From: Mobula hypostoma
Taxonomy: Eukaryota
Length of the DNA: 64,000 bases
Assembly (NCBI RefSeq): GCF_963921235.1
Contig: NC_086101.1
Coordinates: forward strand, 2,420,001 to 2,484,000
Direction: 5' to 3'
Shown here: one piece after another, positions 40,880 through 53,719 of the stretch
Layout of the letters: every line of letters begins with the position of its first letter
Numbering within the stretch: the first letter of the stretch is position 1
Notes under the pieces: generated by a model
Database searches by the model: none
Told to the model about the DNA's origin: nothing
What the model saw: only the letters and a program-made list of their open reading frames with translations
Position numbers and translations under genes: made by a program

Positions 40880-42870
40880 CAAATTCTTCCTCATCTCTGA
40901 ATAGAGGATGTCCCTCTATTCTGAGGCAGTGCCCCCGGTCCAAGACTCACCCAGTATAGGAAACATCCGCTCCACATCCACTCTCTGGGCCTTTCAATGA
41001 GATCCCCCGCCACCCCCCACCCCCCCCCCGCCCAACACACCGGCCATTCTCCTAAACGCCAGTGAGAACAGGCCCAGAGCCATCAAATTCTCCTCATGCC
41101 TTAACCCTTTCAATTGTGGAGTCCTTCCTATGAATCTCCTCTGAACCCTCTCAAATACCAGCACACCTTTCCTTAGTTAAGGGGCTCAGAACAGCTCATA
41201 GTACCCCGTGCGGTCTGACTAAAGCTTCAGCATTACGTCCTGGCTTCTAGTATTCCAGTTCTCTCAAAGTGAATGCTAACATTGCATTTGCCTTCCTTAC
41301 CACAGACTCAACCTGCAAGTTGGCTGTTATGGAATCCTGCTCAAGGACTCGCAAATGCCTCTGCACCTCTGGTGTTTGAAGCTACTCCCCACTTAGAAAA
41401 TAATCTACACCTTATTCCTTTTACCAAAGTGCACGCCAATACACTTCCCTGCACTGTATTCCATCTGCCATTTCTTTGCCCATTCTCCTAATCTGTCGAA
41501 GCCCTTCTGCAGATTCCCTGCTTCCTCAACACCACCTGCCCCTCCACCTATCTTTGTGACAAACTTGGCCACAAATTCATCAATTCCATCTTCCAAGTCA
41601 TTGACATCTATTGCGAAAAGAAATGGAACACTACTAGTTACTGGTATCCGGTCAGAAGAGACTCCCTTTATTCCCACTCTTTGCCTCCTGCCAATCAGCC
41701 ACTGCTTTATCCATGCTAGGATCTTCCCTGGAATACCATGGGCTCAAAGCTTGTTAAGCAGCCTCATGTGTGGCACCTTGTCAAAGGTTTCCTGAAAATC
41801 CAAGTAAGCATCATCCACTGACTCTCCTTTGTCTATTCTGCCCATTATTTACTCAAAGAATTCCAACAGTTTGGTAAGGAAAATTTCCCTTTGAGGAAAC
41901 CATGCCTATTTTATCATGTGCTTCCAAGTACCCCGAAACCTCATCCTTAATAATGAACTCCAACATCTTCCCAACCACCGTGGTCAGACTAACTGATTTC
42001 CTTTCTTCTGCCTCTCTCCCCTCTTGAAGAGTGGAGTGACATTTGCAATTTTCCAGTCCTCCAGAACCATGCCAGAATCTAGCGATTCTTGAAAGAACGT
42101 TACTAATCTTCCACGATCTCTTCAGCCACCTCTTTCAGAATCCCGGGGCTGTACACCACCTGGTCCAGGTGACTTAGCTACCTTCAGACCTTCCAGTTTC
42201 CCAAAAACTTCTCACTAGTAATGGCAACAACAATCACTTTACACCTCTCCCTGCTCGGAGCAGTGCTGCCAGGATAATCAAGAACACGACCCACCCAGCC
42301 GACACACTTTTCGTCCCTCTTCCCTCCGGGAGAAGGCTCAGGAGCTTGAAGACTCGTACGGCCAGATTTGGGAAGAGCTTCTTTCTAACTGTGATAAGAC
42401 TGCTGAACGGATCCTGACCCGGATCTGGGCCGTACCCTCCAGATATCCGGACCTGCCTCTCAGTTTTTTTTGCACTACCTTACTTCCCATTTTTCTATTT
42501 TCTATTTATGATTTATAATTTAAATTTTTAATATTTACTATTGATTTGTAATCCAGGGAGCGGGAAGTGCAGAATCAAATATCGTTGTGATGATTGTACG
42601 TTCTAGTATCAATTGTTTGGCGACAATAAAGTATGATACTCTCGAATTTCTGGCATTTTGCTTGTGTCTTACACAGTCTCGCCACTCTTTTACACTTTAT
42701 GTATCTGAAATAAACTTTTGATATCCTCTTTGATATTATTGGCTAGTTAAACCTTCATATTTCATCTTTTCCCTCCTTATGGCTTCTGTTGATTTTTAAA
42801 AACTTCCCAATTCTCTAATCTTGCAGAATTTTTTGCTCTGTTATCTGCCCTCTCTTTTGCTTTGAAGCTG
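40880..42870 (-). mobile_element. Degraded CR1 RT, interrupted at about 42240-42635
   Basis: LGEWAKKWQMEY and DFQETFDKVPH on the minus strand; CR1 linker resumes after 42636. Confidence 0.85.
42240..42635 (+). mobile_element. Rex1-type LINE 3' end (a second copy lies inverted at about 45440-45685)
   Basis: IIKNTTHP..LFVPLPSGRRLRS..FFLTVIRLLN; 3' UTR matches the reverse complement of 45440-45685. Confidence 0.8.
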
Positions 42871-43898
42871 TGTTTCTTTGAACTTTGAACTTATTTGCCT
42901 GTAATCTTATGCGCATCAGTCAGGCTTTGTTAATGTATAATTTTTCATAAATACAATCAAATTTCTTTATTTTTCTGCGAACACCTGCAAGAAAATGCAT
43001 CTCAGGGTGGTGTATGGTGACATTTCATTCTTTGATAATAAATTTAATTTCTTGAAATGTTATTGTGACTGAATCAGGAAGTCGGAGAGGAAGTGATTTT
43101 CAAATGAGCCCAGGTTGAAAGGTTCATGGTAAGTGGCACTGAGGGTGGGTGAGGCGATGTCCTGACAGTGGGTGGTCACAGGGTGGAGAGGGGAGAGATA
43201 CTGAGAGTGAATTGTATGGGGCACGGTCTAGTACACCTCCTGCACAGAGGTGGACAGGGAAGGGGATAGAGGGGTAGGAGGAAAACACGGGAACGCAGGA
43301 TAGCAATGGCAAAATCTGTGGTTGACAGGATTTAATACCCTAATTCCTCCTAACATCTCTGTACTGTGTTCAAACCACCACTGACTAATGCTGTCTCTGT
43401 ACGTGTAGGGATCACCTCCTTGGGTTTTCTTATCCCCTCATTTCCCCTCTCTCTTCTCGCTTCCCTGCTGCCCAGCACCTGCTGGGACTATGCTCCTGTG
43501 TGACTCAACCTCTGCAAGACACTCGCTGGGTAATAATTATTTTTTTTTATATTTCTTTCTTCTATAGTATGTATTGCATTGAACTGGTGCTGCTAAGTTA
43601 GCAAATTTCACAACACGTGCCGGTGATAACAAGCCCGATTCTCAGCACACTCCATCCCTGAGTAGGGGATGTGGGTTCACGGCGAGGCTGTGTTCAGCTG
43701 TCTGCAGTAAGAACAAAACTGAAATGGGAAGCTCCTCTTCGCAGCTTTGCTGTTCTTAGAAGCGCTGTGTTGCAGTAAATGCTGACAACTCACAGGCAGA
43801 GAGAGCTCGCATAAAAGCAGAAAGTTCCAAGGCAGAGAGATGGCTGACAGGCAGAGAGAGCTGACGGGCAGAGAGAGCTCACAGGCAGAGAGAAAGCT

Positions 43899-44079
43899 AA
43901 CAACAGGAATTCTGCAGATGCTGGAAATTCAAGCAACACACATCAAAGTTGCTGGTGAATGCAGCAGGCCAGGCAGCATTCGTCAGGACTCAGGGTCTCG
44001 GCCTGAAACGTCGACTGTACCTCTTCCTAGAGATGCTGCCTGGCCTGCTGCGTTCACCAGCAACTTTGATGTGTGTTGC
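43899..44079. mobile_element. Fold-back Penelope terminal-repeat mini-insertion
   Basis: 47-bp inverted arms at 43933-43979 and 44033-44079 (one mismatch); hammerhead halves lie between them. Confidence 0.85.
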
Positions 44080-44299
44080 AGAGAGAAGGCTGACAGGCAG
44101 AGAAAGCTGATGGGCAGAGAGAGCTCAGTTGACAGCAGTGAGGGCAGTCGGATGAGGAGAGGTGCGGAGAGTGTTTTGGGATCAGGAGGGACTCAGCCAG
44201 GAGCAAAGCAGAATGTCTCAGCTGGAAAGTGGAGCCGGGGCCTCTAGGTGGGGTAACCACCCCTCTCACTCTTCTCAGTCAATCTTCAGGCTGCTGCCT

Positions 44300-44900
44300 C
44301 TCCGGAATTTTGTCCCTCTGGGAGTAATGAGCAATTCCCACTCCGGGATGCTGTCTGTCTGGGAGTGAGGTATTCCCATTCCGGGATCCTGTTCCTCTGG
44401 GAATGAGTCATCCCCACTCGGGGTCCTGTCTCTCCGGTATTGAGTCCTTTCCACTCCCGGATCCAGTCCCTCTGAGAATGAGTCGTTCCCACACCGGGAT
44501 CCAGGAGTGAGTCATTCCCAGTCCGGGATCCCGTCCCTCCAGCAGTGAGTTGTTCCCACTCCGAGATCCTGTTCCTCCATGGGTGAGTCATTCCTACTCC
44601 AGGATCCTGTCTCTCTGGGGTAAGTCATTCCCAGTCTGGGAATGAGCAATTCTTACCCCGGTCTCCTGTCCCATGGGGAGTGAATCATTCCCAGTCCGGG
44701 ATCCTGTCCCTCCAGAAATGAGCAGTTCACATTCTGGTATCCTGTCCCTCTGGAACTGAGTCATTCCTATTCCGGGATCCCGTCTTCCTCTGGGAGTGAG
44801 TATTCCCACTCTACGATCCTGTCCTTTCAGGTGTGAGTCATTCCCACTCCAGGATCCTGTCCCTTCGGGAATGAGTCATCCCCACTCCGGGATCCTGCTG
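44300..44900. repeat. Diverged tandem repeat of about 35-43 bp
   Basis: Consensus-like tgagtcattcccactccgggatcctgtccctctggga; recurrent GGATCC. Confidence 0.85.
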
Positions 44901-45859
44901 CCAGCTATTCCTGGTCCCCTGTCCTGAAGTTCTTATAGAATGCACAGCTGCTTCACATGCTGGTGATAATAAAGTTGATTCTAATTTTGTTTCATTCTGT
45001 GAGCAGTGAAACCAGTCTGACCAGTTCTACCAGCCCCTGGGCTGAGCAGGTGTCTCTGCGACTATCACACTCTCACAATTGATCCCTTCTCTCTATCTGT
45101 CCCAGCCATCAGGACCTCCATCTGTGTCCTGGGACCCCCTTTCTGGATACCATCTGCTCTGAACTCAGTGTGTCACACTGTTTGTCTTCTGCCACTGTCT
45201 AGATACTTTCCACCAGTACTCTCCGTTTGCCTTATAAGTCCCTCTGCCTGTCCCCTGGAAGCCTCTGTCCGGACACTGACTGGGGAAGCCTCTGCCTTTC
45301 TCCTGGAGACTCTGTCTGGACACTGTCTGTGGAAACCTGTGCCTGTCCCCTGGAAGCCTCTGTCCGGACACTGACTTCTGGGGTGAGTATGTACTCCCTC
45401 ATTACATTGATTCACAGGTATCTCTGTATGATTTTCAAAGTTATACTTTATTATCGCCAAACAATTGATACTAGAACATAAATCATCACAGCGATATTTG
45501 ATTCTGTGCTTCCCGCTCCCTGGATTACAAATCGATAGTAAATATTAAAAATTTAAATTATAAATCATAAATAGAAAATAGAAAAATGGAAAGTAAGGTA
45601 GTGCAAAAACACCAAGAGGCAGGTCTAGATATTTGGAGGGTACGGCCCAGATCCAGGTCAGGAGCTGTTCAGCAGTCTTATCTGGGTAACTAACAGCTTC
45701 TGCTTTTTACAAATGTCCACAAGTTGCTTTTTTCAGAATCTTATTTAATATCAATGTCATGTGTTGTGAACTTTTTTATTTCAGAATCCACACGTTGAAA
45801 ATAGTGCAAATTTATTGGCCAGGTTGCTGACGAGGAAGACCGAGAGAGAGTGGGTGTGG

Positions 45860-46160
45860 AGGGTATAATTCCTCTCCTAGGGGAGTCTTGGACCAGAGGG
45901 CACAGCCACAGGATAGAGGCTTTAGAATACAGGTAAGGAGGAACTTTTTTGGTGGTGAATCTGTGGAATTTGTTGCCACAGATGGGCGTGGTGCCCAGTC
46001 CCTGGGTGTATTTAAAATGGAGGTTGATGTTTCTGATTAGTCAGGGCATCAAAGGTTACAGTGAGAAAACAGGAGAGTAGGGTTGAGAGGGATAATAAAT
46101 CAGCCATGTGCAGACTCGATGGGCCAAGTGGCCTAATTCTGCTCCTGTGTCTTATGGTTT
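45860..46160 (+). mobile_element. Degraded CR1 3' end
   Basis: ggtggtgaatctgtggaat...gatgggccaagtggcctaattctgctcct. Confidence 0.78.
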
Positions 46161-46364
46161 AGTGATCTCCTCTGTTTGACTCTGATGGTTTTTCCAATAG
46201 GAGTCAGCTGTCTGAGAAAACAGTGACACGTTCTTTCATCAGCCATACCCCTGGATCAGGCCACTCACCACTTTCAACAGTCCTGACCTGCCCTCGCTGC
46301 CATCCACCCACAGCCTGGCCTCCTGTAGTACCATGGCTCCCACTCTATCACCCTCCCATAGCAC

Positions 46365-47007
46365 AGTACTCCCTCAGTACTACCCCTCCCACAGTGTGAC
46401 CCTCAGTACCACCCCTCCCACAGTGTGACCCTCCCTCAGTACCACCCCTCCCACAGTGTGACCCTCCCACAGTGTGACCCTCCCTCAGTACCACCCCTCC
46501 CACAGTGTGACCCTCCCTCAGTACCACCCCTCCCACAGTGTGACCCTCAGTACCACCCCTCCCACAGTGTGACCCTCCCACAGTACCACCCCTCCCACAG
46601 TGTGACCCTCCCTCAGTACCACCCCTCCCACAGTGTGACCCTCCCACAGTACCACCCCTCCCACAGTGTGACTCTCCCTCAGTACCACCCCTCCCACAGT
46701 GTGACCCTCCCACAGTGTGACTCTCCCTCAGTACCACCCCCCCCACAGTGTGACCCTCCCACAGTACCACCCCTTCCACAGTGTGACCCTTCCTCGGTAC
46801 CACCCGTCCCACAGTGTGACCCTCCCTCAGTACCACCCCTCCCACAGTGTGACTCTCCCTCAGTACCACCCCCCCACGACAGTGTGACCCTCCCTCGGTA
46901 CCACCCCTCCCACAGTACCACCCTTTCCACAGTGTGACCCTCCCTCGGTACCACTCCTCCCACAGTGTGACCCTCCCTCGGTACCACCCCTCCCACAGTG
47001 TGACCCT
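46365..47007. repeat. About 33-bp minisatellite
   Basis: Unit cagtaccacccctcccacagtgtgaccctccct with sub-unit deletions. Confidence 0.95.
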
Positions 47008-47212
47008 CTGTCAGAATCAGCCCTATCTCTGTATCACCTGTCCCATCGTATGGCCTCTCTCTGTGGCACCCTGTCCAGGTAAGCAGTACTGGATCAGTGG
47101 TGCAGGGTGGAGACAGAGGTGGGGGGTGGGGGGTGAGGTGGATTTCTCCCCCTTTGTTCCTCACCAAGAGCTGGGGCCTGTGCTGATGTCTGTGTTTACT
47201 CAGCCACAGTAG

Positions 47213-49590
47213 ATAGAAACATAGAAACATAGAAAATAGGTGCAGGAGTAGGCCATTCGGCCCTTCAAGCCTGCACCGCCATTTATTATGATCATGGCTG
47301 ATCATCCAACTCAGAACCCAGCCTTCCCTCCATACCCCCTGACCCCTGTAGCCACAAGGGCCATATCTAACTCCCTCTTAAACATAGCCAATGAACTGGC
47401 CTCAACAGTTTGCTGTGGCAGAGAATTCCACAGATTCACCACTCTCTGTGTGACGAAGTTTTTCCTAATCTCGGTCCTAAAAGGCTTCCCCTCTATCCTC
47501 AAACTGTGACCCCTCGTTCTGGACCTCCCCAACATCGGGAACAATCTTCCCGCATCTAGCTTGTCCAATCCCTTTAGGATCTTATACGTTTCAATCAGAT
47601 CCCCCCTCAATCTTCTAAATTCCAACGAGTACAAGCCCAGTTCATCCAGTCTTTCTTCATATGAAAGACCTGCCATCCCAGGAATCAATCTGGTGAACCT
47701 TCTTTGTACTCCCTCTATGGCAAAGATGTCTTTCCTCAGATTAGGGGACCAAAACTGCACACAATACTCCAGGTGTGGTCTCACCAAGGCCTTGTACAAC
47801 TGCAGTAGTACCTCCCTGCTCCTGTACTCGAATCCTCTCGCTATAAATGCCAGCATACCATTCGCCTTTTTCATCGCCTGCTGTACCTGCATGCCCACTT
47901 TCAATGACTGGTGTATAATGACACCCAGGTCTCGTTGCACCTCCCCTTTTCCTAATCGGCCACCATTCAGATAATAATCTGTTTTCCTATTTTTGCCACC
48001 AAAGTGGATAACTTCACATTTATCCACATTAAATTGCATCTGCCATGAGTTTGCCCACTCACCCAACCTATCCAAGTCACCCTGCATCCTCTTAGCATCC
48101 TCCTCACTGCTAACACTGCCACCCAGCTTCGTGTCATCCGCAAACTTGGAGATGCTGCATTTAATTCCCTCATCCAAGTCATTAATATATATTGTAAACA
48201 ACTGGGGTCCCAGCACTGAGCCTTGCGGTACCCCACTAGTCACCGCCTGCCATTCTGAAAAGGTCCCGTTTATTCCCACTCTTTGCTTCCTGTCTGCTAA
48301 CCAATTCTCCACCCACACCAATACCTTACCCCCAATACCGTGTGCTTTAAGTTTGCACACTAATATCCTGTGTGGGACCTTGTCAAAAGCCTTTTGAAAA
48401 TCCAAATATACCACATCCACTGGTTCTCCCCTATCCACTCTACTAGTTACATCCTCAAAAAATTCTATGAGATTCGTCAGACATGATTTTCCTTTCACAA
48501 ATCCATGCTGACTTTGTCCGATCATTTCACCGCTTTCCAACTGTGCTGTTATCACATCCTTGATAACTGACTCCAGCAGTTTCCCCACCACCGATGTTAG
48601 GCTAACCGGCCTATAATTCCCCGGTTTCTCTCTCCCTCCTTTTTTAAAAAGTGGGGTTACATTAGCCACCCTCCAATCCTCAGGAACTAGTCCAGAATCT
48701 AACGAGTTTTGAAAAATTATCACTAATGCATCCACTATTTCTTGGGCTACTTCCTTAAGCACTCTGGGATGCAGACCATCTGGCCCTGGGGATTTATCTG
48801 CCTTCAATCCCTTCAATTTACCTAACACCACTTCCCTACTAACATGTATTTCACTCAGTTCCTCCATCTCACTGGACCCTCTGTCCCTTACTATTTCTGG
48901 AAGATTATTTATGTCCTCCTTAGTGAAGACAGAACCAAAGTAATTATTCAATTGGTCTGCCATGTCCTTGCTCCCCATAATCAATTCACCTGTTTCTGTC
49001 TGCAGGGGACCTACATTTGTCTTTATCAGTCTTTTCCTTTTTACATATCTATAAAAGCTTTTACAGTCCGTTTTTATGTTCTCTGCCAGTTTTCTCTCAT
49101 AATCTTTTTTCCCCTTCCTAATTAAGCCCTTTGTCCTCCTCTGCTGAACTCTGAATTTCTCCCAGTCCTCAGGTGAGCCACTTTCTCTGGCTAATTTGTA
49201 TGCTACTTCTTTGGAATTGATACTATCCCTAATTTCTCTTGTCAGCCACGGGTGCACTACCTTCCTTGATTTATTCTTTTGCCAAACTGGGATGAACAAT
49301 TGTTGTAGTTCATCCATGCAACCTTTAAATGCCTGCCATTGCATATCCACCGTCAATCCTTTAAGTGTCATTTGCCAGTCTATCTTAGCTAATTCACGTC
49401 TCATACCTTCAAAGTTACCCCTCTTTAAGTTCAGAACCTTTGTTTCTGAATTAACTGTGTCACTCTCCATGTTAATGAAGAATTCCACCATATTATGGTC
49501 ACTCTTACCCAAGGGGCCTCTCACGACAAGATTGCTAATTAACCCTTCCTCATTGCTCAAAACCCAGTCCAGAATAGCCTGCTCTCTAGT
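47213..49590 (-). mobile_element. Young 5'-truncated CR1 LINE with an uninterrupted 749-aa ORF2 portion (endonuclease end, RT, C-terminus)
   Basis: SDHN, KSPGPDG, YRPVSLTSV, YLDFQKAFDKVPH, GVPQGSVLGP, KFADDTK; no stops; (tagaaaca)n tail. Confidence 0.97.
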
Positions 49591-49599
49591 TGCTCTCTA

Positions 49600-50078
49600 G
49601 ATGTGGTCTAATTTGGAGCACTGCCTGCAGTTCTGGCCACCTCCCTACAGGAAGGATTGAAGGAGTGCGGGAAAGGTTGAATAGGTTTGGACTTTAATCC
49701 CTGGAGCGTAGGAGGGCGAGGGAAGATTTGACAGACAAAATTATCAGGGGCGTCGATAGGATAAGTAGAAGCAGGCTTTTTCCACTGATGCTGGGTGAGA
49801 CTATGACTAGTGGTCGTGGTTTAAGGGTGAAAGGTAGAATGTTTCAGGTGAACCTGAGGGGGGCTTCTTCATTCAGACGATGTGAGAATGTGGAACGAAC
49901 TGTCAGCATGACTGGTGAATGGGGGGGCAATTCCAGCATTCAGGAGAAGTTCAGATAGCTATGTGGGTGGGAGGCGATGTGGTCCAAGAGCGTCAATAGG
50001 ACTAGGCAGGTGACAAGACCAGCACAACCTAGATGGGCTGAAGGACTTATTTCTGTGCTGCAGTGTTCTGTGACTCCA
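49600..50078 (+). mobile_element. Degraded CR1 3' end
   Basis: ttggagcactgcctgcagttctggcc (LEHCLQFW) and a CR1-like 3' UTR gatgggctgaagg. Confidence 0.75.
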
Positions 50079-50309
50079 TGAACGCAAAGCTGACAAACCA
50101 GTTCTGCAGCTGTTCGACCCATTCTTCACAACCCCCACAGCCCGAGCTCAAAGCCCAGACAAGGGAGTAAGTGGCACCAAAACCTTTGGGATCAATTCCT
50201 CACTGGAGTCTCCCCTGTCGGCCCTGGAATCATCCCTGCCACCATATCGTTCGTCACCATAATGGCTTCCCCATACAGCCCCTTGCAGGAGAAAAAGTAA
50301 AGATCATGG

Positions 50310-50454
50310 GCGCGAGAAATTGAGCAAATGCTGGAAATCTGGAGTAACACACACAATGCAGGCCAGGCAGTGTCCAGGGAGAGGAACAAACAGTCGATGT
50401 TTCAGGCTGAGATCGTGAAGAAGGGTCTCAGCCTGAAATGCCAACTGTTTGTTC
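50310..50454. mobile_element. Decayed fold-back Penelope terminal fragment
   Basis: Inverted pair gaacaaacagtcgatgtttcaggctgaga / tctcagcctgaaatgccaactgtttgttc. Confidence 0.7.
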
Positions 50455-53400
50455 ATTTACAAAGATAATGATTGGCTTTATTTGTCAGCAAAATTAATGC
50501 CATCACAGTCCGAGGAACAGCCCTCAAGTGTGGCCACACTTCCAACACCAACATAGCATACCCACTGTTTACTCCCACCCCTCCACACCTTTTTCTTCTT
50601 TCTTTCTTTTTAAATCTTTTTATTGAATAAGTATACAAAAGGGTAAGCCATGTAGGCACTAATACACTGTTAGAATATAATAAAATTACAAGAGATATTA
50701 ATACAGAAAAAAAAGTGATACAATGTAATTTAAACATAACATACTAAGGTAACATAATAGTATACTAATTTTTATATATATATATATATATATCAATAGA
50801 GAAAAGGAAAAAAAAACCCCAAAAAAACCACCGTGCATCTAAACTAAAAGCAAAGCAATGGGCTAACTTGGAACCAAGTAGAGTTAAAGAACTTAAAATC
50901 ACGTCCTCAAACCCGACCTCCATTAAAAACAGTAAAAAAAAACAAGGATATATAAATATGGAGCAAAAAAGAGAAGAAAAAAAAATTACATTAAATGAAA
51001 ATATTGAATAAAAGATCTCCAGGTCTGTTCAAATTTAAGTGAGGAATCATAAAGATTACTTCTAATTTTCTCCAAATTCAAGCATAATATCGTCTGAGAA
51101 AACCAAAAAAAGGTGGTTGGAGCGTTAAGCTCTTTCCAATGTTGTAAGATACATCTTTTCGCCATTAAAGTAAGAAATGCAATCATTCTACGGGCTGAAG
51201 GGGAAAGATTACTGGAAATTTTAGGTAGTCCAAAGATAGCAGTAATAGGGTGAGGAGAGATATCTATATTCAATACCTTTGAGATAATATTAAAAATGTC
51301 TCTCCAAAAAGTTTCCAGAGTAGGACAAGACCAAAACATATGAGTTAAAGAGGCTATCTGCCCCAGACATCTATCACAAAAAGGATTAATATGAGAATAA
51401 AAGCGAGCTAATTTATCTTTGGACATATGTGCTCTATGAACAACTTTAAATTGAATTAGGGAATGTTTAGCACAGATAGAGGAAGTATTGACTAATTGTA
51501 AAATCTGCCCCCAGTCATCCACGGAAATGATAGACCCCAATTCCTGTTCCCAATCTACCCTAATCTTATCAAATGGAGCTTTCCTAAGTTTCATAATAAT
51601 ATTATAAATCATAGCCGATGCACCTTTCTGACATGGATTAAGGTTAATTATAGTATCTAAAATGTAAGTAGGAGAAAGCATTGGAAAAGAAGAAAGTATA
51701 GTACTTAGGAAATTTCTAACTTGTAGATATCTAAAAAAATGTATTCTTGATAAATTATATTTATTAGATAATTGTTCAAAAGACATAAGGGAACCATCTA
51801 AAAATAAATCCAAAAACCGTGAAATACCCTTAGTCTTCCAAATTTGAAAAGCACGATCCGTAAAAGAGGGAGGAAAAAATATGTTACCTAAAATAGGAAT
51901 CGCTAGCCCAAATTGGTTAAGATCAAAAAATTTTCTGAATTGGAACCAAATACGGAAGGTATATTTAACTATTGGGTTAGATACCTGTTTAAGGCGTTTC
52001 AAATCAAAAGGAAGAGAGGAACCTAAAATAGAGCCAAGTGTATAGCCCTGAGCAGATTGTAATTCCAATGCTACCCATTTAGGAATGGATAATATATCCT
52101 GATCAAGTAACCAAAATTTCATATGTGGAATATTGATTGCCCAACAATAGAATCTAAAGTTAGGTAATGCTAAACCTCCATCTCTCTTAGCTTTCTGTAA
52201 ATGTGTTTTACCCTGTCTCGGGTTTTTATTTTGCCAAATAAATGAAGAAATTTTTGAGTCAACTTTATCAAAAAAAGATTTTGGAACAAAAATCGGTAAT
52301 GCCTGAAATATATATAGAAATTTTGGCAGAAAAAACATCTTAACTGCATTAATACGACCAATCAAAGTTAAATATAAAGGAAACCATTTAGATGAAAGTT
52401 GAATAATATGGTCAATTAGAGGTAAAAAGTTAATCTTAAATAAATCTTTGTGTTTACAAGTAATTTTAATCCCAAGATATGAAAAATAATTATTAATCAA
52501 TTTAAACGGAAAGTTATGATATAAGGGAAGTTGTTTATTAATCGGGAAAAGTTCACTCTTACTAAGATTTAATTTATAACCTGAAAAGAGACTAAATTGT
52601 GCTAATAAAACTCTAAAACAGCAGAAATATATAAAAGTAAGTCATCAGCATAGAGTGATATTTTATGGGATTTTAAGCTACGAGTTATCCCAGTAATATT
52701 TGGAGATTCTCGAATGGCAATTGCAAGAGGTTCTAATACAATATCAAATAATAAAGGACTAAGAGGACAGCCTTGTCGAGAACCTCGAAAAAGAGGGAAA
52801 AAAGGTGAGCTTAGAGAGTTAGTACGAACCGAGGCCACAGGAGAATGATATAACAGTTTGATCCAGGATATAAATTTCGAGCTAAAATTAAACATTTCAA
52901 GCACCTTAAATAAGTAAGGCCATTCTACTCTATCAAAAGCTTTCTCAGCATCTAAAGAGATAACACACTCAGGTACATTTTATGAGGAGGTATAAACAAT
53001 ATTTAACAGTGTGCGAATGTTATAAAAAGAGTAACGACCTTTAATAAAACCCGTTTGGTTTTTCGAAATAATAAAAGGAAGTACTTTTTATAATCTGTTT
53101 GCTAATAACTTAGAAAAAATTTTAGAGTCAACATTTAATAAAGATATTGGTCTATAAGATGCACATTGAGCAGGATCTTTATCCTTCTTTAATATTAGAG
53201 AGATTGACGCTCTATTAAAAGATTCGGGGAGTTTACCAAGTTTTAATGAAGCCTCGAAAACCCTACAGAACCAAGGGACTAATGAAGGTGCAAAACATTT
53301 ATAAAATTCTACGGTAAACCCATCAGGGCCAGGAGCTTTCCCCAGGTTCATAGAGGAAATAACATTCTTAATCTCATCAGTGGTAATGGGAGTATCTAGC

Positions 53401-53719
53401 ATAGAAGACATATCCTGTGAAATCTCAGGGAAGTCCAGGTTATCTAAAAAATCATTCATATATTTAGAGTCTCGAGGAGACTCTGACTGCTATAAGGAAG
53501 AATAAAAACCAAAGAAAGTTTGATTAATCCCTGCATGATCAAGTATCAGTCAGTCATTTTGATTATAAATCTGATTAATTTGAGATTTAGCATAATTAGA
53601 CTTCAATTGGTTAGCCAACAGTTTGCCAATTTTGTCACTGCGTACATAAAATTCACTTCTTGTTTTCTTTAATTGGTTTACAATCGAGGACGAAAGTAAT
53701 AAACTGTGTTCCATTTGAA

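Noticed and set aside
45106..45170. TNFR-like fragment CPGTPFLDTICSE
   Set aside because: Too short, the frame closes soon after, and there are no supporting cysteine-rich exons.
50204..50281. Collagen (COL11A2-like) exon GLYGEAIMV...GMIPGPTGETP
   Set aside because: No sustained Gly-X-Y register and no other collagen exons nearby.
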